Source of the DNA: Blastocystis sp. Blastoise
Lineage: Eukaryota > Protista > Bigyra: Opalinata
Length of the DNA: 64,000 nt
NCBI GenBank assembly: GCA_039096225.1
Contig: JBBPEB010000002.1
Location: 496,001 to 560,000, forward strand
Direction: 5' to 3'
Shown here piece by piece: positions 19,328-31,591 of this stretch (its first letter is position 1; each line of letters opens with the position of its first letter). The position numbers were made by a program, and so were the translations under genes. The notes beneath the pieces are model-generated. The model did not search any database and was not told the origin of the DNA. It was given only the letters and a program-made list of their open reading frames with translations.

Positions 19328-22273
19328 GTGAATGATAGTATTGAAGATTTAGCAAGAAAAGAACAACGCATTCATTTATCTAGAAAAGTGTTACATCCTG
19401 AATATGAATATGACACTCAAGCGTATAAAGATAGAATAGACGATAATAATACTGAAAGAGAAAAAAGAATTATGTTAAGATTAATGAAAGCAAAACAGCA
19501 TTTAACATATAAATATTATGATGAAGATGACCCTTTTAAGATTCCTGAATCAGAATGGTATAAAAAGGAAAATAGCTTATTACCCGAATGGTCAAAAGAT
19601 ATAATAAATAATTTTGAACTTAATCATTATGAAAAAGTTGGAAATGATGCAATTAATGATGATTTAACAAATGAATTAATTTTAAATAGTGAGCAACATC
19701 AAAATGATATTAATGAAACTTATGCAGAAATTTTTGGATTACCTAAAGATTTTATGTATGGTATATATCCCCATGGTTCTGAAGACGAAAAAAATAAATC
19801 AAATAATAATAAATGGATTGAGCCAGAACAACCTTATGATAAAACAAAATATCATCCTTATAATAATTTTGATTATTCAAATGCATTTAATATCGATGAT
19901 CCTGAATATTCAGAGATTTATAAAAAATATACTTATAAACCAAATGAAATGCAAGATAATAATGATGAATGCATTAATAACAATAATAATTATCATGAAA
20001 TTAATCCTGATAGAAATGATTCTTCTGATGAATATGAAAATAATGATAATGATAATGCAAATAATTCTATGGAAATAGAATCAAATGATCAAAATAATAA
20101 TATTGACATTGATAACTCAAATCAGAGTAATGAAAGCATGGATAATAATGTTTCTCAACAAAATAATGACAATATTGATATTGATAACCAACCATTCCAT
20201 GAAGAAAATAATATTCCAAATTTAAATGAAATGGTTGATAACAATGAAAATCATAAAGAAAATGATACAAATGTACAAATCAATAATAAAAATAATGTTC
20301 CAGTTACAGAAGATAGATTTATACTTGTTGACAATAATCAATTGAATTCGATGAATTTAAATGCAAATGATGCGGATATCAGTCAATCAAATCAAAAAGA
20401 AAATGATGTTCATGACGATGTTCCAATTAAAAAAGAAATTGAAATTGAAAAAAATGTTCCAGTACAAAAAGAAATGGAAATAGAAAATAATATTCCAGTG
20501 CAAAAAGAAATGGAAATACAAGAAGATGAACGTTCTATAGAATCACCAATAATTGAAAAATTAATTCCAAATATTGATAACATAATTAGAGAATCAAATA
20601 ATAATAGTTTTCAGAGTTTTCAGCCAGTAAATAATATTTCAAATGAAATAAATATAAAATCAGAAAATATGTCACTTTTAGACCAAAATATAAATTCACA
20701 ACAAAATAGTAGTGATAATAATATGACTTCATCTGAAAGTGATGATAACATGTTTTCTTTATCTTCTTTTCAAACTGCTGATGATATGTCATCTTCTGAT
20801 GCCTCTATGAAAAGTTTATTTTCTGAATCGGAGAATCTAAATGATATGGAAATAGAAACTCAACCAAATATTACAGAAAGTCAAATAAATTCAAATATTC
20901 AAAATAATATTAATTATTCCATAAATAATAATGTTCCTAATTATAATGATAACACATTCAAAATTGATATTACAACCAATGAATTTAATACATCGGATAT
21001 AAATATTCCAAAAATTAATGAACAATCCAATAATATAATTGCATCTCAAAACTTTATTAATAACTCTTTATTACCCGAAAATTCAAATCAACAAAATGAT
21101 TATAATGTTCAATTAACATCAAACAATAATTTAAATAAAGATTCAGATAATAGTGATTCTGTCGCTGATATTGAAACTGATGACAACAACAAAATATTCA
21201 ATATATATCCATCATCGTCAGATGAAGAATCTGATTTACATTATGATGACATGCATAATTTAGTATTAGATACAGAAGACAAACAACGAGGATACTATAA
21301 TTACATGGTAAATAAATTAAATAGTTTCCAAGGAACATCATATAAAACACTTCCAGAAAATGCAAATATTAATTATCCACTATTAAAGACTTATATGTCT
21401 GAGTTGCAAACTAATTATAATCAACACTTATCTGATATAAAGAATCTAAAAAAATATAAACATCATTTAACTGACCAAAATGAAATACAAGATACTAATG
21501 TATATATTGATGATATTAAAACAATGATTACAAATTTAGCAGATGATTTTATTGATACATTCCAGAATTTTGATGATTCTAATTCAAATAACCAATCACA
21601 AAGTACTGTTTCATCTAATAATAATAGTATGATGCAAAATAATGTAAAACTAGAAGAACCAGCAAACTTAGCAAATGAAATTAATTTACCTCTAAATAAA
21701 AATGGAGACACAATTAATTCTGTTGAAGAATTATTACAAAATGATTTTCAAACATTTTTTAATGAAATGGAAAGTATTCATAATCAAACTTTTAATAATA
21801 TGGAAGCAAACACAGCCTCGATACAAAATCCTCTAAATTCACAAAATCATATTAATGACTCTTTTGAAACAAACATGATAAATAATAGTGTTTCTCCAGA
21901 TACAAATCAACCTATTCCTATTGAACGGCAAGAAGCAAATCTATCTTCTGATTCTTCTGAAATAGATACTTTTATGGGAAAACTAGAAAAAACTATAGGG
22001 AAAAAATCCAAACCAAAAAATACTAAATTCGCTGAAGAAATGATGAATAATTTAGATGAATCATTTAAAAAATATAATGAAAATACTTTACTTAATCATA
22101 AAATTCTTCGTCCATCATTAAATGATAAAGAACAAGTAAAACGAGTAGTAGTAAATTCTTCAGATAATTCAGATTCTGTTGGTGAATTCCATAAATATGG
22201 AAAAAAATCTAAAAAAGATATGGAGAATCAAGTACAAAAGAAACCAATCATAAATAAAAAAAAGCAAAAATGA
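19328..22273 (+). CDS. Large Asn/acidic low-complexity protein (possibly the separated C-terminus of 18196)
   Basis: 981-codon ORF starting at GTG; 3x 12-aa repeat (VPVQKEMEIENN); basic C-terminus. Confidence 0.65.
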   Translation: MNDSIEDLARKEQRIHLSRKVLHPEYEYDTQAYKDRIDDNNTEREKRIMLRLMKAKQHLTYKYYDEDDPFKIPESEWYKKENSLLPEWSKDIINNFELNHYEKVGNDAINDDLTNELILNSEQHQNDINETYAEIFGLPKDFMYGIYPHGSEDEKNKSNNNKWIEPEQPYDKTKYHPYNNFDYSNAFNIDDPEYSEIYKKYTYKPNEMQDNNDECINNNNNYHEINPDRNDSSDEYENNDNDNANNSMEIESNDQNNNIDIDNSNQSNESMDNNVSQQNNDNIDIDNQPFHEENNIPNLNEMVDNNENHKENDTNVQINNKNNVPVTEDRFILVDNNQLNSMNLNANDADISQSNQKENDVHDDVPIKKEIEIEKNVPVQKEMEIENNIPVQKEMEIQEDERSIESPIIEKLIPNIDNIIRESNNNSFQSFQPVNNISNEINIKSENMSLLDQNINSQQNSSDNNMTSSESDDNMFSLSSFQTADDMSSSDASMKSLFSESENLNDMEIETQPNITESQINSNIQNNINYSINNNVPNYNDNTFKIDITTNEFNTSDINIPKINEQSNNIIASQNFINNSLLPENSNQQNDYNVQLTSNNNLNKDSDNSDSVADIETDDNNKIFNIYPSSSDEESDLHYDDMHNLVLDTEDKQRGYYNYMVNKLNSFQGTSYKTLPENANINYPLLKTYMSELQTNYNQHLSDIKNLKKYKHHLTDQNEIQDTNVYIDDIKTMITNLADDFIDTFQNFDDSNSNNQSQSTVSSNNNSMMQNNVKLEEPANLANEINLPLNKNGDTINSVEELLQNDFQTFFNEMESIHNQTFNNMEANTASIQNPLNSQNHINDSFETNMINNSVSPDTNQPIPIERQEANLSSDSSEIDTFMGKLEKTIGKKSKPKNTKFAEEMMNNLDESFKKYNENTLLNHKILRPSLNDKEQVKRVVVNSSDNSDSVGEFHKYGKKSKKDMENQVQKKPIINKKKQK

Positions 22274-22540
22274 ATCTAAATCCATGATAAAACCACAAAT
22301 AACTCAACATATCTTAAATAAATGATATCAAATAACATCTTTGTACAAATATCTAAACTGATATAAAATCATTAACCAATATATTTATTTATTAAAAATA
22401 TCTTTTAAACGTAAATCTTTTATTTATAAATTATTTATTATATTTTAATTGTTGTGTTTTTTTAAAAATAAGTTTTTAAACTATAAACAAAACAATTTAT
22501 TATTTAAAAAAAAATTAAACAAAACAAAAAAAAAACAAAG

Positions 22541-22738
22541 TTAATAAAAACCTTTTTTTCTTTGTTGCTCACGATAGTAAGCAAGAGTAGGAGACATTCT
22601 AGCTACTTTCTGATCTTTCAGAAAATTTAAGCTAGCAGGAACGGGTTCACTATATAAATAAATAAATAAAAAATAATAATAAACATACCCTATTGGTTTT
22701 GTTTCTAAGAAGTGTTCATCTTTTTCAGGAACTGGCAT
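22541..22738 (-). CDS. Small protein with one 39-nt intron (22650-22688)
   Basis: GTATGT...TATAG AT-rich intron; spliced 52 aa MPVPEKDEHFLETKPIGEPVPASLNF...; AACAAAACA downstream. Confidence 0.6.
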   Translation of the reverse strand: MPVPEKDEHFLETKPIGYVYYYFLFIYLYSEPVPASLNFLKDQKVARMSPTLAYYREQQRKKGFY

Positions 22739-23202
22739 TTTAAAATAATTTCTAAATAAAAAATAAATAAAAAATAAATAAAAAATGATTTGAAAATATT
22801 AAAAATGTAAATAAACTAGAGAAACTCGTGTTTAATGACGAAATATATGACAAATATAAAATATTTTAAATATCCAATCAAAATAAAGTTCTAGAATTCT
22901 TAAACCTGATCGAAAAGAGAAACTATTACTAATAAATCAATTGAAATTGGAGAACTTTGTTCTGGATGTGGTGATCGATCAATGACAAACTTCATGACAA
23001 AGGTAGTATACAAAATTTTATCCAATAAAAATGTTTTGGAACAACAGAAGCTTTAAAAAAGTGGAAACTGAGCAAATGAATTTATTCTTTTAGAATAAAT
23101 TTTCTCATCTGACTTTTTTTATAACTATTAATTTTTATAGCCATTCATTGAGTTTTACTTTTTTTATTTTTACATATTTATTTTATTTTTTGAAAATTTA
23201 AA

Positions 23203-24014
23203 ATGCCTAGCCACTATCTTTCCCGTGGTAGAAGAGCTATTATGAATAGCTATAATCATTACAGTATGTTTTTATTTATTTTTATGTTTTTTATTATATA
23301 GTTGCCCACCGATCTGAGGATCGTGCTGTCTCTGGTGCTGTTCCTGGTGCTGTTCCTGGTGCTGCTGCTGAATCTGTTGATTCAGTAACTTTTAAGTTAC
23401 TGAATCATGATTCTTCTCTTGGGGAGGTGTCTGATCACTCGGGATCTATGTCACCACCACCTCTTGAGAGAATTGTTCCTTCGTCTTCAGATTCTGAAAA
23501 GACGCTGGAATCAGATTCAGATTCTTCTCTTGCTACTTTGGAGGTAATTGAACCCGATACCGGGAAAAAAAAGTATTTATTTTATTTATATTATTTTTAT
23601 TTTTATTTTTTTATAGCGCCATTGTGTTCCGGTTCTCTTGGTCCGCGGGTTTTGGAAGAAACCGCCTTCTACGCTCCAAAAAGGACTAGAAGGGATGGAT
23701 CTTCCTACCCAGAAAAAAATTTAAATAAAAATATTTGTTTTTCTCCTTGTTCTCCTTCTATTTCTGTTTTTTCTTTTTCTCCTGTTTCTCCTTTTTATGT
23801 TCCTTGTTCTCCTCCTGTTTCTCCTTCTTTATCTTTATTTTCTCCTCGTTTTTCTCCTGTTTCTCCTTGTTCTCGCACTTGTTCTATTAATGAAAAAATA
23901 CCGCCAATTCAATTACCTCCCGTGGTAATTGATATGCCGGTATCTGAGGGTTCAATCATAAAAGGAAATAAAAAGATTGAATATAAGTTACATCTGAAAA
24001 TTTCAGATTTGTAA
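23203..24014 (+). CDS. Ser/Pro-rich protein with short introns
   Basis: ATG 23203; 38-nt intron 23264-23301 (GTATGT..TATAG) joins exon 1 in frame to the 23427 ORF; second candidate intron 23573-23616. Confidence 0.55.
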
Positions 24015-24270
24015 TCAGTCTTTTTTTCTCTTTTTTTCTTTTTCTTTATATATATATATATATTTCTTTTTCTTTTATTATATATATTTATATACTTATT
24101 TTTTTTTTTTTTGCCTAAGTTAATTTTTAAACTAATTTGTTTAGTTAAATATTTCAGACTAATACTTAAACTGCTGAATCTAAAATATTAAATAACTTAG
24201 AATATTTTTATTTTTTTTGACTTAGATTTTTTTTTAATTTTTATTACAATAATTTTCTATACTGTCTTCA

Positions 24271-24502
24271 TGCACCAATTTTTTCGTTCAACCAATCAAA
24301 TGATTCCGAACTGGCTCTTTTTTTGGTCAAAAATAAACTTTTGTATATATGGGGTTACGTACTTACTTATTCATTTTTTTTATAAAGTAGTAAGTAAGTA
24401 AATAGAATATATAAAAAGTTAGAAAAGTAAAAATGGATGACAGAGGGTGCGTCATCACTGATTTGACCAATCAAATTGTTTAAAATAGTTATTTATGTGA
24501 AA
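24271..24502 (-). repeat. Right terminal inverted repeat of element 1
   Basis: Reverse complement aligns block-wise with 1-230. Confidence 0.85.
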
Positions 24503-24564
24503 AATATATTTTATAGTGTATTTTTCTTTATTCCCTTGATTTTTCTATATGATAAGAATTAGTA

Positions 24565-24681
24565 ATTCTTCGCACAAACCCACACAAATATGGGCAACAT
24601 CCCTATGCTAGCGAAGTTCGTAGAACTTCGCAGTATAGGGATGTCGGCCATATCTTGGCCGCCTGGGTTTGTGCGAAGAAT
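24565..24681. mobile_element. 117-bp GC-rich foldback element 1
   Basis: ATTCTTCGCACAAACCCA...TGGGTTTGTGCGAAGAAT with inner stems up to GCGAAGTTC-GTA-GAACTTCGC; TAGTA on both sides. Confidence 0.8.
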
Positions 24682-24686
24682 TAGTA

Positions 24687-24849
24687 ATTTTGTGACACTT
24701 GCTGTGACTGCCACAAAAAGACACTTAAGTGAGACTTAATATGGCTAAATACTAAAAGAAATATGTTTACAGTTTCAAAAAAGTATCAAAAGTATAACTT
24801 TTCTTGTGACAATTGTTGCGCAGTAAATAAAGGCCAAACAAATTTACTG
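24687..24849 (-). mobile_element. hAT-type MITE, degenerate copy
   Basis: TTTGTGACACTTGC.GTGACT, GACTTAATAT and GTGACAATTG match the reverse complement of 26612-26804; one end missing, no TSD found. Confidence 0.65.
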
Positions 24850-26241
24850 TTCATGTTGATAATATAATAATGAAAAAAAATTAAAAATTTTTGAAAACTG
24901 AGAATACAAATATTTGAAAGGTCTAAAATGCAAAAAAACATAAATAAAAGTAAAATCAAGAAGATTATATGCAAATATAAATGTCAGAAAATGTTCTAAG
25001 AAAATGAAAAAACATATATTATCGAAAGGATATGATAGAACAAAGATTAAGAAATTAATAAGTATAAGAATAAGTAAAATTATAAAAAAAAATATATACA
25101 AAAAAAATAGCTACAAAAATTCGAATAATAATGTTACAAAAAATAAAAGCAATTAAAGTATGAAAAAGAAAAAGATTATTAAAATTCCAAAGAATAATAA
25201 AAGTACAAAGAATTGTAAAGAATTAGAAGATTAGAAAGAATTGTCTGAATTATGATAAAGTATTAGAAATTATATATAGTAATTATTGAAAAGAACTGAA
25301 GAAATTGTAATATTATTAAAAATAAAAATTATTAAAAATAAATAAAATGATGATAATTACAAGAATTAAACAAAATGAAGAGTAATATTAATAGAAAGTA
25401 GCATCGTAAGATAATAGAAAGAAGAAAGAATATGCAGAAATATAAAAGTGTTAATAAGGGTTATAAAAAGATACATAGTAAGAAGAGTAGTAAAAAAAAT
25501 AAGATATAAAAAAAATAATAGTTAGAACAAAGATTAAGAAAGTTGAATATAAAAAGAATATTTTGTGATCCATTCTTATGTCACTAAAGAAAATTGTTAC
25601 ATAGAAATTAACACCATAATGAGTGGCCAAATATTTCTTTAATAATAGTAACTTTTATTTCATTTATTTAGTCACATTAAGTTAGGTAGAGAATGATAAT
25701 TATATTTGTCATTTAAGTTATTAGAAAATTGATACATGATTTTGAAAATAATATAGTTTTTAAAGAAAAGTAAAAAAAATAATTAAATGAATTATATTAA
25801 AGAGTTGTGCTAAATAAAAAGAATAATTATGTTTGAATAATCAAATATTATATATTTTTGTAATATATGTATATTTAATAATATGAAGTATAAAAAGGAA
25901 TTATTAAATATAAAGTATTAAATTTTTAAAAAAGTATATATATATAGATCTAAATTATTAAATAAAAATAAAAAGATGTATAAAACGAAAACTTATATAA
26001 TAATAAAAATATTTGTTCTATTAAAATAGAATAGTACTATGAATAAAGAAATAATAAACATGATTATATGAAGTGAAAAATAAAATAGGATAAAATAAAA
26101 TTTAAATGAAGAGAAAGAGAACATCTTTAAAAAAAAATTTATAAAAGGCAACAAAATAAAAATGATATTATTAGAGAATGACAAATAAATTGAATATATA
26201 TATATATATTATAAAAATAAACTAACTGAATTAAAAATGAA

Positions 26242-26272
<31 letters not shown>

Positions 26273-26611
26273 AAATAATATAAAAAATATATTTATTTAG
26301 AATGTAAAAAATAACAAATTTAATTTTATAATGATTAATAATGCGATTAATTTGACATAAAAAAATATAAAATATATATAAAAAGACAATTATGGAAAAA
26401 AGAATATGAAAATAAATGAAATCTAAAAATAAATACATAAAAAAATAGAAATGGGAATAGAAACTAATTGAATAAGAAAATTGACTAAAAAAAATATATT
26501 ATTATTAGATATTAATTTATTTTCATTAGAAAAATGACAAAAAAATTAATATTAAATACTGATTCAAACACAGAAGATGAGAAATAAAATTAAAAAAAAG
26601 AATGACATGAT

Positions 26612-26804
26612 CAGTGACTTCCAAAAGGCCCTTTTTTTTTGCGGTGCCGCAATTGTCACAGAAAAATGTGACACTTTTGTTAATTTTTGACAGTGTAAAA
26701 ATATTTATTATTATATTAAGTCATATTAAGCCTGACTTAAAGCGACTTTATGTGACTGTCAAAAAAAGTCACCGCAAGTGTCACAAAAAGTCGGGAAGGC
26801 ACTG
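26612..26804 (+). mobile_element. hAT-type MITE, copy 2
   Basis: CAGTGACTTCC...GGGAAGGCACTG with exact 8-bp TSD GACATGAT (26604-26611, 26805-26812). Confidence 0.92.
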
Positions 26805-27709
26805 GACATGATATTTTAAAATTTGGAATGAATAGATACTATTATAGAATAAACTATTAATATTACTTCTATTTAGTCACACAATAAAATGGATGGTTTT
26901 ATTATATAATGCTAAATAAAATAAAATATTTATAATTATATAAAAAGAAATTATAAATTATTATTTGAAAATCTGCATTTATGTATAACTTGCTGTGATA
27001 TAAACAAAATTCGAAATATATATATATATAAATATATTATAAGTATTATTACTAAATCTCAAAGATTAATAAATATTTTAATTTTAACAAAGATTTCTTC
27101 CACCAATGATACAATAAATATTTGATAAATATATAATCATACAACATATAAATAAAAATAATGAAATGTAAAAGAAAAATTAAAAACTTTCTTAAATAAA
27201 GAATATATAAATATATAGAATTATATATAACATAATTATAGAGTCACTCTATCACTTAAATTGAAAATGATTAACATCACAATACAATCAGATAATTAGA
27301 AAATACTATTTAATTAAGAATAAAAATAATAAAATACAATTTTTTTTTAAGAAAGTTAAGATTAGTCTCTTCCCAAGTCTTTTGATGGAATTCATAACAA
27401 GTAATTATCACAAAAAATATATGATAACATATTTATTCATGTAAGTAGAATTGTATATTTTTTTTGAATAAGTTAGTTTAAGTTTGACTGAAATTGATAA
27501 TCAACTATTATTATGGAAACAGCCACAAAAATGAGTGAAGGCATGGTTTAAAATGTTTTAAGAAATATAATTTGTAAATTTGACTAATAATAATAATTAT
27601 TATTATAAAAAAAGAAAATATAATTATCATAAACACAAATCAATAAGAAAATAGAATAGAAGTATATAAAGATATGTTTAGTATAGATGATATTAACCAA
27701 AGGATATAA

Positions 27710-27783
27710 TCTTCCATAGCTCAGCTGGTTAGAGCATCCGGCTGTTAACCGGGAGGTCGACGGTTCAATCCCGTCTGGGAGAG
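27710..27783 (+). tRNA. tRNA-Asn(GTT)
   Basis: Acceptor TCTTCCA/TGGGAGA, D-arm GCTC..GAGC, anticodon arm TCCGG-CTGTTAA-CCGGG, T-arm GACGG-TTCAATC-CCGTC; no encoded CCA; T-run terminator. Confidence 0.96.
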
Positions 27784-27993
27784 TTTTTTAAAATTAAAAT
27801 CAATAAATATTTTTTTAGCTTTTTAATATATAAAATAGTTGAAATAATTACTATTATAAAGCAAATAGGCAACAAAAATTCGCATTGATCAGTTTTTTGG
27901 AAAACCATTTGATTGACTACTATATACTATACTTTTGTGGACACAATTCCTCTAAACTTATAGAGAATTAACTTTTGGATGAAATACAGGCCA

Positions 27994-29489
27994 CAGTCTT
28001 TTCAAAAACCCATCAATTCTTGTGTTTTTTCAATTTTTCAAATATTATTTTATAACAAACAAAGTGAATAGGAACAAATAAAATAAAAAATAAATTATTG
28101 TTTAGTTATTTTTCGTTGTTCATCTTCTAATTGAGTTATACCATCGTCACTAGTTACAAATTTTGTTTGAGATTGAGAATCTTTTGACATTTTTATTTTT
28201 TGGACTATCAACAGGAAACTTATTCAGGATATCATTTAACGGTTTTCCAAAAAATTCACACTATTCCCAGGCTTTTTCAATATAAAATACATTCATAGAT
28301 TTTATAATTGAATTTCTACAACTTTGAAGAAAAACATATTTGCTACCAGAGGCGAATTCCTTATGTAGATTCGATTTAAAATCAGAATATATAATATGGT
28401 CAAGTGGTTGTAAAAACTGAGTTGAATATGCAAGAAATGTAATACAATCTATATTATTCTTTTTCAATAACTTCCAAACTTCAACAATATTTAGACTTTC
28501 ATGACCATCTAGTAATAGAAGAGCTCTTCTTGAGTGATCATTATTTCGGTTTTCATCGACAAATTTTATAAAAATACTCTCAATCCATTGAAGAAATGTA
28601 CTTTTTGTCATCCAACAAGATTCTGAATTTGCTATAGTTATTCTTGATAAATTGTATTCTTTCGTACTTTTGATATCCAATGTTTTGAAAGGTACAATAA
28701 ACATGGGAATCGAAAAATCATCAGCATTTGACACACAGCAAACAACAGTAACATGATCTTCAATTTCACTCTTTTTTTTTATATCTATATGATTCTTTTT
28801 CGACAATTACTTTGTATTTTCTATTCTTAACATTATATGTACACCACGACTCATCCATGTTAAAAATTAATTCAGGAGGGTAGGAATTCATTTTTCAAAG
28901 CTTTTCTAGGTTATCATAAAACATCTGAATCTCTTTTTAAGTAGGTTCAGGATCAACCTTCTTGACAATATTAGCGTATTTCAATCGAAGATCGTTTCTA
29001 TAGATATAATTGCTAAAACTAGCTCGCGAAACTGTCTTCTTTTTTTGGCCAATGGGAGCTGATGACTGTTAATGATATTGACCATTGCAGAGATCTCTTG
29101 AAGTATTGTTAGTGGCTCATTTTCAAGATCTTTGTTTTTAACTAACACAAATTGATCAATTTGTTTTTTATTTAGTAGTTTTGGACAACCATTCACTCCT
29201 ACTTCATTTGATTCATTAATAGCTTTAACTACCCTATTCAATCTAGCAGAAGATACCAAAATGTGCATATACTACTTTTTTGTCATTCTGAATGGGACTT
29301 TAAGTCGTTGTATGCCAAGCCAAACATGAATGGCAATATCTGTCTTGTTCGTAAGATGTGAATATCTTTATCCGCAAGAGGTTAAATCAATTGAATTCTT
29401 TAAAAACAAAACAAAAATAACACCAAAAAAACGTGGTTTTTTCAAAAATTGATGAGTTTTTATAAAAAAACAGGTTTTTGAAAAGACTG
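27994..29489 (-). mobile_element. pogo/Fot1-like (Tc1-mariner superfamily) DNA transposon, decayed
   Basis: 17-bp TIR CAGTCTTTTCAAAAACC at both ends; TA on the right, CA on the left. Confidence 0.85.
28261..29268 (-). pseudogene. DDE_1 transposase fragments
   Basis: SCWMT..FLQW, LLLLDGHES, FLQPLD motifs in 28261-28806; broken upstream frames. Confidence 0.85.
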
Positions 29490-30159
29490 TAAATGTTTTT
29501 ATATTTTTACTCAAAATACTCAGGATTTTTACGACAAAGACACAGTATTTTTCTTGAAAAGCTCTGGAGTTTCCTCAAAAGTTTAAAAAAAATCTCAAAC
29601 CTCTTAAAATTTATAAAATAGCTGTATTATATATGTTAATATATATTATTATTATTATCATCTTTTATTTGAATGAACCTATTATTGAGAGAATTATAAA
29701 ATGTAATCCATCTATAGTAATTATTCCATACTTAATGTATATATATATATATATATATATTCTCATATTTAAACACAGCCATTGGATTCTATTCACAGTC
29801 CAGTTAAATAAAATTACAAAATTGATAAAGACTTTCAGTATATTTAATACCTTTTTTTATATATATTATTAGAGTCATTGCTAGAAATACCCAAAAAAAC
29901 ATAATTATTTTAACTTACCCAAAAAATCGAATTGTTAGAAATACAAAAAAATACTAGAAATTTTTCCAAAATATCCAAGACTTTAAACAAAATTGTTAGA
30001 AATATCCACATTTTTCTCAAGACTCAAACGATTGTTATTTTGAAAACACAAATTTCTTAATAACCAATAAAATATTTTTTATTTCTTTTGTCAATATTAG
30101 AAAAAAGAAATCAAGAATATGGGTAATTTCCCAATAGTTAAGAATTTATGTAGTCAGTC

Positions 30160-30445
30160 TACAAGTTTATATTTGTATTTTTAAAAGTGCACTATTAGGC
30201 ACTTTTGACCTTTTAGAATAAATGATTGGCAGAATTCACATTTTTATCCAATCATTTTTCTTAAAATGTCAAAATGCCTAATAGTGGTGCCAAGTTGACA
30301 TTTGTATATTTTAAAAGTTCTAAATTAGCCGTTAATATTTATATGTTCTAACTTAACAGTTAATACTTTACATGTTCCAAGTCGACAGTTAATACTTTAC
30401 ATATTCCAAGTTGATAGTTAATACTCTGCATGTTCTAAGTTGGTA
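30160..30445 (+). repeat. ~29-bp minisatellite (GTTCCAAGTTGACAGTTAATACTTTACAT-like)
   Basis: Several head-to-tail degenerate copies, interrupted by the CACTA MITE. Confidence 0.75.
30190..30286. mobile_element. CACTA-type MITE
   Basis: CACTATTAGGCA...TGCCTAATAGTG termini, nearly fully palindromic, 3-bp TSD GTG on both sides. Confidence 0.85.
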
Positions 30446-31149
30446 TTTATATTTTTAATATGACAGTTTTGAATCTTTTCACACTTTCTTTCATAATAAA
30501 TGTTTTACTATGCTATTTATTGCTTTTTAACAGTTATAATTTGTTGGGTTATATTTTAAAATTTTAGTAATGAATTTCAATTTGTATACATTGATACATA
30601 AAACAAATAGAATCAAGTTAGAATGTAGCATACATAATCATAATAATATTAATCTAATCTAAATCAATTAAAATTATATTTATGATCATCTAAAGAATTT
30701 TAAAATATTAAATTTCTTATTTCTCTGTTCCACATTCTTATTGTTTATTCAAAATTGATAACTTTAATAATAATGTGAGTTCTTGCAAAATGAAGTCTGA
30801 TTTCTATAAATATATATTTTGTTAGTAATACCTTATTTATGTATAAAGAAAATTTTTTATCAACAGCTTATTCAATGGTAAATATAAAAAGGCATAAGTC
30901 TTTGCATAATTCCAATAGCTGTTTTCTAGATATCATAAGAAAATTCATATTATGCTCTCATTATATTTGTTCCATTAGTTTCAGATATAAATAAAAGTAG
31001 GAGCAAACTCAATTCAATAATAAATTATTCAATGATAATAGACATATAATAAAATAAACAGAAAAATAAATAAATAATTTACAACACGTAATTTTAAAAA
31101 ACGAACATAACAATATGCATATATTAATTGAATAAAACTAAATGTATTA

Positions 31150-31560
31150 ATATTTATTTATCTTTATGTTGCCGTTTTCTTTTAGCTACTAATAAAACCC
31201 TATTTCTTGATATACTATTCGGCTTTTAATTTATGGAACTTTCGATAGCCTTTCTTTTCAATGAAGGAGTTCTATTTGTTCTAAAATTATAATATTTGTT
31301 AGTATGATTAGTGTCAGTATCATGAATTTTTTCTTTTTCAAATGTAGTTATTTCCTGAAAGTTTGCTATAATATCTTCCATGTCTTATCAATAACTTCTA
31401 ATTTTCTCTTTGAGTACGATTTTAATTTTGATAATATTTCAAGTAAACATCCATAGCTATAAATGGCCTGTCTACCGACATTCGAAACAAGATAAAGTGG
31501 TTTATGAAGAACATAATTTTCTTCATAGAATTGTAGATTTTCTTTAGAAAAATATCTATA

Positions 31561-31591
<31 letters not shown>

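Larger units (their letters stand above)
1..24502. mobile_element. Endogenous Polinton-like virus element 1 (TIR-bounded, partly decayed)
   Basis: Imperfect inverted repeats at 1-230 and 24271-24502 enclose tyrosine recombinases, SF3 helicase, protease, putative capsid genes and packaging ATPase; gene order matches element 2. The true left end may lie just before base 1. Confidence 0.85.

Noticed and set aside
1-24502. Bacterial prophage or classical Maverick/Polinton
   Set aside because: Introns, eukaryotic TE insertions and A32-type ATPase argue against a prophage; no pPolB or retroviral-type integrase argues against a canonical Maverick.
24786-26438. Small minus-strand ORFs rich in F/I/L/Y (24786, 24844, 25993, 26139); also 29633, 31422, 33749, 33930
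   Set aside because: Compositional artefacts of extreme AT-rich strand-skewed DNA; no motifs or homologs in the window.
24687-26804. One 2.1-kb transposon with ~170-bp TIRs
   Set aside because: The right arm is a self-contained MITE with its own TIRs and TSD; the two arms are separate MITE copies in opposite orientation.
26614-26811. 65-aa ORF
   Set aside because: Coincides with the hAT MITE.
29873-30140. TTGTTAGAAATA repeats as the MULE terminus
   Set aside because: No matching inverted end or TSD could be found by eye.
30160-30445. CRISPR array
   Set aside because: 29-bp units are contiguous and degenerate with no unique spacers; no cas genes.
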